A stretch of DNA of 64,000 nt from Cyanobacteriota bacterium. Lineage in GTDB: Bacteria; Cyanobacteriota; Cyanobacteriia; Cyanobacteriales; Nostocaceae. How positions within the stretch are numbered: the first letter of the stretch is position 1; the number at the start of each line of letters is the position of its first letter. This document shows positions 54,642 through 63,852 of this stretch, one piece after another. A model generated the notes under the pieces. It was not told where the DNA came from, did not search any database, and worked only from the letters and a program-made list of their open reading frames with translations. Made by a program: the position numbers and the translations under genes. Where the stretch lies: NCBI GenBank assembly GCA_046045965.1, contig JBJOKS010000008.1, positions 100,676 through 164,675 on the forward strand, in the 5' to 3' direction.

Positions 54642-56810
54642 ATGTTTAATATATTCAGACATCGAAAAAAATACCAATCTATTTTACAAGCTAGTGAAGA
54701 AGACTGTGGTGCAGCTTGTTTAGCTTCCATTTGCAAATATTACGGACGCTTCTTAACCATAAATAAAAGCCGAGAAGCCGTAGGAACAGGACAACTAGGA
54801 ACAACTTTATTAGGTTTAAAACGCGGATCTGATAATTTAGGATTCAATGCTAGAGCCGTTAAAGCCTCTCCAGAACTAGTAGATAGAATCACAGAAATCC
54901 AACTACCAGCTATTATTCATTGGCGCGGTTATCACTGGGTGGTTTTATATGGAAAAAAGGGTAAAAAATTTGTTATTGCTGATCCATCTGTAGGTATTCG
55001 CTATATCAAACGCGAGGAATTATTAGCAGCTTGGAACGGAGTCATGCTCTTATTAGAGCCAGATGCAGAGCGTTTTTCTCAACAACCCCAAGAAAAACCC
55101 CACGGTGGTTTGTTACGCTTTTTTATGCGAATTCTGCCCTATCGGGGATTGCTCACTCAGGTTTTGATGATCAATATTATTCTGGGTATCTTGGCGTTAG
55201 GATCTCCTGTTTTAATTCAAATACTCACTGATGATGTCTTAGTCAGGGGAGATATTCAGCTACTCACAGTAGTAGTAGCCGCTGTTGTGGTCATGACTTT
55301 ATTTAGTAGTAGTTTACAAGTCATACAAGCTACTATGATCGCTCATTTTGGGCAACGATTACAATTAGGATTAGTCTTAGATTTTGGACGGAGAATATTA
55401 CAATTACCTTTGAGTTATTACGAATCTCGTCGCAGTGGTGAAATTACTAGCCGATTGGGTGATATTGGTGAAATTAATCAATTAATTTCTCAGGTAGTAG
55501 TGCTATTACCTAGCCAGGTTTTTATTGCCATTATTTCCTTTTGCTTGATGCTATTTTATAGTTGGCAATTAACAATCGCAGTGTTGATTTTCGCTGCTTT
55601 AATGACTCTATCGACCCTGCCATTTTTACCCATACTGCAACAAAAAACCCGCAGTCTTTTAGTTTTAGGAGCAGAAAATCAAGGTGTATTAGTAGAAACT
55701 TTTAAAGGCGCTCAGGTGATCAAAACTACTAATGCTGCTCCTCAATTTTGGGATGAATTTCAAAGCCGTTTCGGTCGTCTAGCTAATCTCACTTTCAGCA
55801 CAATTCAAATTGGAATTATTAACGGTACTGTTTCTAAACTCCTCTCTACTCTTGGAGGTGTAATTTTACTGGGTATAGGCAGTATGTTAGTAATTAACAA
55901 CAAATTAACTATTGGTCAAATGCTGGCTTTTAATGCCTTACAAGTGAATGTCTTAGCTTTAATTGGTACTTTGGTGGGATTAGTAGATGAATATTTCCGT
56001 TCTCAAACCGCAATTTCTCGTTTACTAGAAGTTATTGATGCCACACCGGAAGTAGTTGGAGGTAGTCAAAAGCCGATTGTACAAATCTCAGGTGATGCGG
56101 ATATTCATTTTTCTCATCTGACATTTCACCATGCAGGAAGAGTTGATTTATTGGAGAATTTCTCTCTGAAGCTTCCCGGTGGAAAGGTAATTGCTTTAAT
56201 TGGTCAATCAGGTTGTGGTAAAAGTACCTTAGCAAAACTAATTGCAGGTTTATATGAGCCAACTTCAGGTAATATCCGCATTGGGGTTTTTAATATTCAT
56301 GATCTTTCCCTTGACTGTTTGCGACAACAAGTAGTTTATGTACCCCAAGAACCACATTTTTGGAGTCGTTCAATTTTAGAAAACTTTCGTTTAGGAACAC
56401 CTGCTATTCCTTTTGATCAAATTGTTCAAGCTTGTGAAATTGCCGATGCAGATGGTTTTATTAGTCAATTACCTAATAAGTATCAAACTGTGTTAGGAGA
56501 ATTTGGTGCAAATCTTTCTGGTGGACAAAGACAAAGATTAGCGATCGCACGGGGAATACTCACCAATCCACCTATTTTAATTTTAGATGAAGCCACCGCA
56601 GGATTAGATCCAGTTAGTGAAACTCTTGTCTTAGATCGATTGTTGGAATCTCGCAAAGGACAAACCACAATTTTGATTACCCATCGTCCCAGTGTAGTTA
56701 ATCGAGCAGATTGGATAGTGTTAATGGATAAAGGCCAAGTCAAACTCCAAGGTAGTATAGAAACTTTTCTGTCTCAAAAAGGAGAGCATTTAAAATTCTT
56801 AACCATATAA
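54642..56810 (+). CDS. Peptidase C39-containing ABC transporter (PCAT)
   Basis: Q.SEEDCGAACL catalytic Cys, HWVV His, IADP Asp; TMD; GQSGCGKST, LSGGQRQR, ILDE. Confidence 0.96.
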   Translation: MFNIFRHRKKYQSILQASEEDCGAACLASICKYYGRFLTINKSREAVGTGQLGTTLLGLKRGSDNLGFNARAVKASPELVDRITEIQLPAIIHWRGYHWVVLYGKKGKKFVIADPSVGIRYIKREELLAAWNGVMLLLEPDAERFSQQPQEKPHGGLLRFFMRILPYRGLLTQVLMINIILGILALGSPVLIQILTDDVLVRGDIQLLTVVVAAVVVMTLFSSSLQVIQATMIAHFGQRLQLGLVLDFGRRILQLPLSYYESRRSGEITSRLGDIGEINQLISQVVVLLPSQVFIAIISFCLMLFYSWQLTIAVLIFAALMTLSTLPFLPILQQKTRSLLVLGAENQGVLVETFKGAQVIKTTNAAPQFWDEFQSRFGRLANLTFSTIQIGIINGTVSKLLSTLGGVILLGIGSMLVINNKLTIGQMLAFNALQVNVLALIGTLVGLVDEYFRSQTAISRLLEVIDATPEVVGGSQKPIVQISGDADIHFSHLTFHHAGRVDLLENFSLKLPGGKVIALIGQSGCGKSTLAKLIAGLYEPTSGNIRIGVFNIHDLSLDCLRQQVVYVPQEPHFWSRSILENFRLGTPAIPFDQIVQACEIADADGFISQLPNKYQTVLGEFGANLSGGQRQRLAIARGILTNPPILILDEATAGLDPVSETLVLDRLLESRKGQTTILITHRPSVVNRADWIVLMDKGQVKLQGSIETFLSQKGEHLKFLTI

Positions 56811-56839
56811 ATTTTTCCCTAGTGTGAGGAGTAAAAAGC

Positions 56840-57154
56840 GTGTCTGAAAACTTTACCGCCAACCATGAAAACTGGTTCTTTAACTTATCTGAAGCAGAGC
56901 AAGAAACTCTAGCTGCTGGACAATCTCAGAATATGCTCGGTAAAACTGATTTGTTTTTTCAGAATACTAACATTGAAACTGAGGCAGATAGAAACTTAAA
57001 TATAGGAGGTGATTCTGATAACCAAAGGACAAAATATCGCTTATCTCAAATTACAATAGGTTCATCTATGACCTTTTTTATTCCTGATATTAATTCAGGT
57101 GTACAGGGATGGAATAACTTACTTAATACTTTTTTGGGGAAATTATTTTCCTAA
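56840..57154 (+). CDS. Precursor 4 with variant leader (ends AAG)
   Basis: GAGGAG SD, GTG start, FFNLSEAEQETLAAG; directly after the PCAT. Confidence 0.75.
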   Translation: MSENFTANHENWFFNLSEAEQETLAAGQSQNMLGKTDLFFQNTNIETEADRNLNIGGDSDNQRTKYRLSQITIGSSMTFFIPDINSGVQGWNNLLNTFLGKLFS

Positions 57155-57475
57155 TTAAAGCAATTTGCCAGAACAGGTATTACACATCTTATATATTATA
57201 TATATTGTGGGTTAGGCATCTTGCCTAACCTGTTTAGAAAATTCAGATGAAATAAGCTATAAGATTGAGCAATTATCAATCATAAGGCTTGGTTCATTTG
57301 GGTTGAGATACTCTTGCGCTATTAATCATATTAATTGCCGATATATTACATACATCGCAAGATAGAAAAATTTCCCATACATTTACTACCAGAGGATATT
57401 TAAATTATAAAAAATTGCAATTATAAAAATAACATAGGTTGATTAGAACCTATTCATAAATTGAGGCTAACAATC

Positions 57476-57694
57476 ATGTCAAATGAAAATATGACATCTG
57501 ATTTACTTGTGGAGTTACCGACAGAGCAACAACAGCTTCTGTCAGGAGGACAAAGGTATCCAGTAATCTGCTATGACTACGAACCCTATTTTAGAGGTGG
57601 TAGAGGTCGTGGCGGTCGTGGCGGTCGTGGCGGTGGAGATGTCGATGTTGATGTCGATGTTGATGTCGAGAGAAGACGTAGGAGGGGATTTTAA
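57476..57694 (+). CDS. Precursor 5 (RGG / (DV)5 / poly-Arg core)
   Basis: Leader MSNENMTSDLLVELPTEQQQLLSGG; 72 aa. Confidence 0.85.
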   Translation: MSNENMTSDLLVELPTEQQQLLSGGQRYPVICYDYEPYFRGGRGRGGRGGRGGGDVDVDVDVDVERRRRRGF

Positions 57695-57991
57695 GTGGAC
57701 AAAACCCAAAAATTGGGTAGCCATTTAATTTCAATCTAATTTCAATCTAATTTCAATCTGGCATTTACTAGAGGAAAGAGAAAGCTTATATAACTAGCTC
57801 AAAATGATTAGTTTTGAGTGAGTGTTTCTACTCTCAGATGTTCTCTTGAAATATTAAATTAAACTTCTAGATAAAACTTCTAGATACTAGCAAGAGAACT
57901 ACTAGAGATAACCCTGATCTTTCTCTTTCCTCCTTCGTCTTTATCAAAAAGTAAACAATGCTAACAAGTGCAGTAAGTGAGGCAAATAGTT

Positions 57992-58192
57992 ATGTCTAAG
58001 CAAAATATCACAGCTGATTTATTTGTGAATTTAACCGCAGAGCAACAGGAAGTTATATCCGGGGGAAATTGCGGTTATTCTCCTTGTTATAAACCCAAGA
58101 AATGCTGTGGAGAAGACAAAGCTTACAAGGAATATACATCCTGTTCTTGCTCTGATAGCTACCCAGGTGTTGATGATTCCGATGGTTATTAG
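57992..58192 (+). CDS. Precursor 6 (6 Cys, 6 Tyr core)
   Basis: Leader MSKQNITADLFVNLTAEQQEVISGG; 66 aa. Confidence 0.85.
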   Translation: MSKQNITADLFVNLTAEQQEVISGGNCGYSPCYKPKKCCGEDKAYKEYTSCSCSDSYPGVDDSDGY

Positions 58193-58591
58193 CAATAGTT
58201 CTAGATAGGCTAATTCAATATATAGGAGTCCGGTTTGATTCCTCAAATGACTCTTTAGGGCGGGGAATAGGGAATAGATAAGAATGGAACTTCCTGCGGA
58301 CAGAATTTTTGCAAAAATAAAATATAAGTCCTATAGCCATTCTAAATTAGTCGTAAATATAAAAATTCCTAACTTCTTTAAAAGTTGGGAATTTCCTGGT
58401 GTAGTGTAGTACAAATAATCCGAATTTTATAAATCAAATATGAGCAGTAATTTCAATTAATTTGTTTAGGTCTAAAGGCTGAATTTATAAAAATTATGTT
58501 CTAACTAATGAATCATTAATTTTAGCAAAAAGAGGTTTATAAAAAGATTATTGGTGTATAACACCTATGAAAAAAGTGAGGTTAAAAAATC

Positions 58592-58816
58592 ATGTCCAAT
58601 CAAAGCATTACTTCTGATTTACTTGTGGAGTTATCCACAGACCAACAACAGCTTCTGTCAGGAGGACAAAGAAGGAGAAGAAGAGGAGGTAGAGGCAGCT
58701 TTGGTGGTGGTGGTGGTGAAGAATGGAGCTGCTTGGACTGCATCCCCTTAGATGATTTTGGCGATGGCGGGTTCCAAAGAGGTGGACGTAGAGGTGGACG
58801 TAGAGGCCGTAGATAA
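58592..58816 (+). CDS. Precursor 7 (Arg/Gly-rich with CxxC)
   Basis: Leader MSNQSITSDLLVELSTDQQQLLSGG; 74 aa. Confidence 0.85.
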   Translation: MSNQSITSDLLVELSTDQQQLLSGGQRRRRRGGRGSFGGGGGEEWSCLDCIPLDDFGDGGFQRGGRRGGRRGRR

Positions 58817-59133
58817 GGTCATATCGATGTTGCTTTTTTAATGTTGATGTCAATTTCGATAGAAGATGTCAAAGATTTTAAGTGGAAAAATCCAGGAATT
58901 GGGTAGCTACTTAATTCCCATCTGGCATTTACTAGAGGAAATAAAAAGATTATAAACCATCTCAAAATAATTAAGTTTTGAGAGAGTTTGGGTAGAGTCA
59001 ATGTTCTCTTCAAGCATTACATTAAACTTCCAGATAATAGCAAGAGAACTACTAAAGATCACCCTGATATTTCAACTTCCTCTTTCTTTCTAATCACAAG
59101 GTAAATAATTCCAGTAAGTGAGGCAAAAAAATC

Positions 59134-59454
59134 ATGTTGAATCAAAACATTGCAGCTGATTTACTTCAGGAGATATCCACAGAAGAACAAGAACTTCTGT
59201 CCGGAGGTAATTATCAGGACCCATCCCGTCGATACAAGGGCAGGGGCAGGGGTCAGAACCAGAAGCAAACTCAGTTCATCAATGTGATCGTCCCTCAGCC
59301 ACAAAATCCTTATGACGATGGCGGCATCGGTGGCGGTAACGGTGGCGGTAACGGCGGTAATGGCGGTAATGGCGGTAATGGTGGCGGCGACGATGAGGGC
59401 GAACGTGGCGACATGATGAAAGGAGGCTGCATGGGCCTTGGCTATGGACGCTAA
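59134..59454 (+). CDS. Precursor 8 (Gln-rich then GGN-repeat core)
   Basis: Leader MLNQNIAADLLQEISTEEQELLSGG; 106 aa. Confidence 0.85.
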   Translation: MLNQNIAADLLQEISTEEQELLSGGNYQDPSRRYKGRGRGQNQKQTQFINVIVPQPQNPYDDGGIGGGNGGGNGGNGGNGGNGGGDDEGERGDMMKGGCMGLGYGR

Positions 59455-59866
59455 GGAAGTCCTAGTCCTGCTTACAGAGGGGCGTTACTTTTAAGTTGGC
59501 ACTGTCCACAAAGCTAAGTCACCCCCTAGTTTAAACTCTTGAATTAGTAAATAAAGGAGAAAACTTAGAGAATTTATTCAATACAAATTGCATCAAATTT
59601 TGAGAATATTTCGGGATTCTCCTTTATTCTTTTCAGAGATTAAATCAAAAGTGCAGATAACAGAAAAGTAAAGGCTATTTATAGCAGTTACTTTTCTCCT
59701 GCACCTTAATTACATTAATTTATTTACTTCTAAAGATAGAAATTATAAATGTTAGCTTCTAACTAGAGAATAATTGCATTTATAAATACTAAGTTTATAA
59801 GAAAAGTAGGGTTTAGGTTGATCGCACAGATGAACCACCTTAGTAAACCAATTGAGGCCAACAATT

Positions 59867-60133
59867 ATGTCAGATCAAAACATTAAATCTGATTTAGTTC
59901 AGGATATATCCACTGAAGAACAGGAACTTCTATCTGGTGGTCACTGGGGACGCTGGGGCGGTGGACCAGGTTGGGGACGCTGGGGCGGTAGTCCAGGTTG
60001 GGGACGCTGGGGCGGTAGTCCAGGTTGGGGACGCTGGGGCGGTGGACCAGGTTGGGGACGCTGGGGCGGTGGACCAGGTTGGGGTCATCCCTGGAAAGGA
60101 CATCACCATCATGGCCATGGACGATGGTGGTAG
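59867..60133 (+). CDS. Precursor 9 (WGRWGG[G/S]PG x5 plus His-rich tail)
   Basis: Leader MSDQNIKSDLVQDISTEEQELLSGG; 88 aa. Confidence 0.87.
   Translation: MSDQNIKSDLVQDISTEEQELLSGGHWGRWGGGPGWGRWGGSPGWGRWGGSPGWGRWGGGPGWGRWGGGPGWGHPWKGHHHHGHGRWW
59945..60084 (+). repeat. 27-bp coding tandem repeat, 5 copies
   Basis: TGGGGACGCTGGGGCGGT(GGA/AGT)CCAGGT repeated contiguously. Confidence 0.95.
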
Positions 60134-60487
60134 TGACCTGGACAAATCCACAAAGTAAATAGACTTCCAATTCTTGTGGGTTGAGCGGTAAAAGAGCAAT
60201 AGTAAAATGTTTTGATGTAAGAATTCAGGAGTCAGGAGTCAGGAGTCAGAATATTTGTTTGTAGCACAGAGATACGGAAGTACGTTTTTTCCATCAATTA
60301 TCAAGAATAACTCGAAAACTCTGATTCATTCTGTAGGCGTAGCCGTGCCGCAGGCTATCCTGTATTCTGTATCCTGAATCCTTACGTTTTGATTTGCTAC
60401 TTACTCTTTACCTCTTAACCTTTTCTCCGATACCAAGGAAGGTTGTTTGTATTAATCTGAGAAGTATTGTCAAACATGGCAAAAATC

Positions 60488-61381
60488 TCAAACTGATAGC
60501 GCACCAATCCAATCCTGTAAAATCGGATTTACCAATTCAGGAGCTTCATCTTGGGGACAATGTCCCACTCCTTCCAGAGGAATAAATTTTTGTACCTGGG
60601 GAAAATTGGCTAACTCTCTACCTAAATCTATTGGTTCCCAAGGGTCAGCATTTCCCCATAAAATAATTGCTGGGCAAGGTAGTAAGGGTAAAAGGTCTTC
60701 AGGTAAGGGTCCACTAGAATAAGCCGTGAAAGCCAAAAATACCCCCGCAGCACCAGGATCACTTGCTGGTTTCATCAGCATCTCTACCAACTCATCTGTC
60801 ACTGTGTCCCCATTGGCATAAGCTTGGAGAAGAATTTTTTTAACGGTTTTAGGTTTTGCTAGTTGACTAAAAAAGAATTCACCAACTCCTGGAATTGATA
60901 AAAGCTTTTGTAAAATTGGCGCTCCAACACGTTTTGTCCAAGGTAGAGTTAACCGTTTGCGATCGTGTAATAATCTCAAAGAACAATTGAGTAAAGCAGT
61001 TCCCAAAGCTATATCTGGGTTATTTACCGCAGCTTGCATGGCGACAATACAACCAATGGAATTACCTACTAAAAATGCAGGTTCTTCCACAACTTGCCGA
61101 CAAAAATCTGCTATTTGTTGTCCCCAGGTTTCTAGGGTGTAGGTTATTTTCTCTCCAGGTTGGGGTTTAGCAGAACCACCAAAACCAATCAAGTCAATGG
61201 CATAGACCCGACAAGTTTCTGCTAAAACTGGTATATTTTTGCACCAGTGTCCCCAGGATGCACCAAAGCCATGCACCAGAATTACAGCAGGTCCTTGAGT
61301 ACCTTGAGTTTGGTAACAGATGGGGAAACCTTGCCAAATCCAGGTTTTGCTTGAGGTAAATACATTTTTAGAAGTTGTCAT
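60488..61381 (-). CDS. Alpha/beta hydrolase (pheophytinase-like subfamily)
   Basis: VHGFGAS, DLIGFG, GNSIG, GHCPQDE. Confidence 0.9.
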   Translation of the reverse strand: MTTSKNVFTSSKTWIWQGFPICYQTQGTQGPAVILVHGFGASWGHWCKNIPVLAETCRVYAIDLIGFGGSAKPQPGEKITYTLETWGQQIADFCRQVVEEPAFLVGNSIGCIVAMQAAVNNPDIALGTALLNCSLRLLHDRKRLTLPWTKRVGAPILQKLLSIPGVGEFFFSQLAKPKTVKKILLQAYANGDTVTDELVEMLMKPASDPGAAGVFLAFTAYSSGPLPEDLLPLLPCPAIILWGNADPWEPIDLGRELANFPQVQKFIPLEGVGHCPQDEAPELVNPILQDWIGALSV

Positions 61382-61670
61382 AGATAATTGATAATTTATA
61401 ATTCATTTGTGAGGTCGGTACGCTGAGTTTTAATTAAACAAATATGTGATGGTTTACATAATTTTTCAAGAAAATTTACCTAAAAATTATGATGGTCGAT
61501 GCTGAAATTTACACTAATAATCGCTCCAGTAGTTTTACAATTTACGCCAACTCAATTAGTATATAAAATTAATTGGATATAAAACAAATACTCAGGCGTA
61601 GTTTTACACCTAAGAAACTAACGCTGATTTTGCAAAAGTTTTTGTTCCTAGTTCCTTCTGGCAAAAGACG

Positions 61671-62237
61671 ATGAACATACTAGAAACAATTGATACTCCT
61701 GTTGGCAGTTATGCTCCAGATTTTGAGTTGCCAGGAATTGATGGCCGTGTACACCATCTCAGCCGTTATTTAGAGAAGTTTCGCTCAGTATGTGTAATTT
61801 GTATGTGTAACCAATGTCCTTATGTGCATGGGTATATAGACAGGATAAAAAACATTCAAGCGGAATTCTCGCCGAGCAGCTTTACACTAATTGGACTCAA
61901 TGGTAGTGATGTTAACCCTGGGGAAGACCTGAACCCTGGATCAAACTTTGAGGATATGAAAGTTTTTGCCCAACGCCATGAATTAAATTTCCCCTACCTA
62001 TGGGACACAACACAAGATGTAACTCGTAGCTTGGGGACGATTAGTACACCTACGGCTTTTTTAATTGATCATGAGGGGATTTTGCGCTATAAAGGTCAAA
62101 TTGATGATCACCCCCAAGATCCATTAGCGACCGGGGTAGATTATTTAAGAAATGCGATCGCCTGTTTATTTCAAGGTCAAGAAATTCAGCCAGCACAAAC
62201 AGAGCAGCTTGGTACGCCATTAGTATGGCGAAAATAA
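61671..62237 (+). CDS. Thioredoxin-fold AhpC/TSA family protein
   Basis: APDFELPG, CNQCPYV, FPYLWD, YKGQIDD. Confidence 0.88.
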   Translation: MNILETIDTPVGSYAPDFELPGIDGRVHHLSRYLEKFRSVCVICMCNQCPYVHGYIDRIKNIQAEFSPSSFTLIGLNGSDVNPGEDLNPGSNFEDMKVFAQRHELNFPYLWDTTQDVTRSLGTISTPTAFLIDHEGILRYKGQIDDHPQDPLATGVDYLRNAIACLFQGQEIQPAQTEQLGTPLVWRK

Positions 62238-62318
62238 ACCAGAACTAGACACAGATTGTCACTGTACTGCTATCTTAAATTGGAGGCAATTGCAACTTAT
62301 TTGATAAAGTGTAACTTC

Positions 62319-63047
62319 ATGGGAACGAATTACCGACGGGTTTTACTTAAACTGAGCGGTGAAGCCTTGATGGGCAACTTAGGCTATGGCATTGATCCAG
62401 AAGTAGTCAAGGGAATAGCCGAAGAATTAGCAGAGGTGGTAGCCACTGGCGTTCAAGTCGCTATCGTAGTTGGCGGTGGCAACATTTTTAGGGGCGTGAA
62501 AGCGGCATCCTCCGGCATGGACAGGGCAACCGCTGACTACATAGGGATGATTGCCACGGTAATGAATGCCATGACGCTACAAGATTCGCTAGAACGAATA
62601 GGGATACAGACGCGAGTACAAACAGCGATCGCTATGCAAGAATTAGCAGAACCTTATATTCGTCGTCGCGCCATCCGTCATTTAGAAAAAGGACGGGTGG
62701 TAATTTTTGGTGCAGGTTCGGGAAATCCTTTCTTTACCACAGATACCACTGCGGCCTTAAGAGCAGCAGAAATAGAAGCGGAAGTGATTTTTAAAGCTAC
62801 CAAAGTAGACGGAATCTACGACGCTGACCCCGAAATTTATCCTGATGCCAAACGTTACACAACCTTGACTTACTCCCACGTTTTAGCTCACGATTTACGA
62901 GTCATGGATAGTACCGCAATTGCCTTATGTAAAGAAAATAATATTCCCATTCTCGTATTTGACTTAACGGTACGTGGAAATATCCGCCGCGCAGTCATGG
63001 GAGAATCTATTGGCACTCTTGTGGGAGGTTCTTGTGAAATTAGCTGA
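62319..63047 (+). CDS. pyrH: UMP kinase
   Basis: [27 protein letters not shown]. Confidence 0.98.
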   Translation: MGTNYRRVLLKLSGEALMGNLGYGIDPEVVKGIAEELAEVVATGVQVAIVVGGGNIFRGVKAASSGMDRATADYIGMIATVMNAMTLQDSLERIGIQTRVQTAIAMQELAEPYIRRRAIRHLEKGRVVIFGAGSGNPFFTTDTTAALRAAEIEAEVIFKATKVDGIYDADPEIYPDAKRYTTLTYSHVLAHDLRVMDSTAIALCKENNIPILVFDLTVRGNIRRAVMGESIGTLVGGSCEIS

Positions 63048-63582
63048 AGCTGAAAGTACGATGCAAAAAACCGTTGAGGCGACTCAACGAGCATTTAACA
63101 CCATTCGCACTGGCCGCGCCAATGCGAGCTTACTAGATAAGGTACAGGTCGAATATTACGGGACTCCTACCCCCCTGAAATCACTGGCAAACATTACCAC
63201 ACCAGATGCCTCAACAATCCTAATTCAGCCTTACGATAAGAGCAGCTTGAATATAGTGGAAAAGGCAATTTCTCTGTCAGATATAGGTATAACCCCCAGT
63301 AATGACGGTTCTGTAATTCGTTTGAACATCCCACCTTTGACATCTGACCGCCGTAAAGAATTTGTCAAACTTGCCGCCAAGTACGCTGAAGAAGGTAGAG
63401 TTGGGATTCGCAATATCCGCCGTGATGCTCTCGACTCAATTCGCAAACAAGAAAAAGCTGCGGAAATATCCGAAGATGAATCACGAGATCAGCAAGATAA
63501 ACTCCAAAAACTGACCAACAAATACACGGCAAGAATCGACGAATTGCTGGCAGACAAGGAAAAAGACATCACAACCGTCTAA
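63034..63582 (+). CDS. frr: Ribosome recycling factor
   Basis: GTG start after [26 protein letters not shown]. Confidence 0.97.
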   Translation: MKLAEAESTMQKTVEATQRAFNTIRTGRANASLLDKVQVEYYGTPTPLKSLANITTPDASTILIQPYDKSSLNIVEKAISLSDIGITPSNDGSVIRLNIPPLTSDRRKEFVKLAAKYAEEGRVGIRNIRRDALDSIRKQEKAAEISEDESRDQQDKLQKLTNKYTARIDELLADKEKDITTV

Positions 63583-63672
63583 GCAGGGGACTGGGGACTG
63601 GGGAATTGGGGGAGTTGAGGAAACATCTTCCCTTTCCTCCCTTTGGAAATTGTGGACATATTGTAGGTCTAT

Positions 63673-63852
63673 TTGACATACCTCCTCTTCCTAAAGGAGC
63701 GAGGATTCCTTGACACTTCGCTGGGTTGCGCCACAAATGGTCTTACCATCCCTCCATGTCCGTTTAAAGTCTCCCAATGCCCTATGACGACTATACCTAA
63801 ATTTTACCATAAAGCCGTCATCGAAGGACGGGGCTTGTATCCCATTCTTTTG
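63673..63852 (-). mobile_element. Non-autonomous IS200/IS605 mini-element (left end + omega-RNA-like segment + right end)
   Basis: Minus strand: TTGAC then CAAAAGAATGGGATACAAGCCCGTCCTTCGATGACGGCTTT (left-end hairpin) ... GAATCCTCGCTCCTTTAGGAAGAGGAGGTATGTCAA (right-end hairpin). Confidence 0.72.

Noticed and set aside
57476..59454. PatS/HetN-like heterocyst inhibitor peptides
   Set aside because: Cores are Arg/Gly-rich but none contains the RGSGR pentapeptide.
59945..60084. Possible CRISPR array
   Set aside because: Repeats are contiguous with no unique spacers, are in frame within a gene, and there are no cas genes.
50927..60133. Lanthipeptide, cyanobactin or Nif11-type RiPP cluster
   Set aside because: No modifying enzymes in the window; leaders are 25 aa rather than ~70-aa Nif11/NHLP type; most cores lack Cys. 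Modification in trans cannot be excluded.
59883..60199. Alternative-frame repeat ORFs (TWSTAPASP, HRPSVPNL, GDAGAVDQV repeats)
   Set aside because: Shadows of the stop-free 27-bp repeat; only the + frame from 59867 has the conserved leader and RBS.
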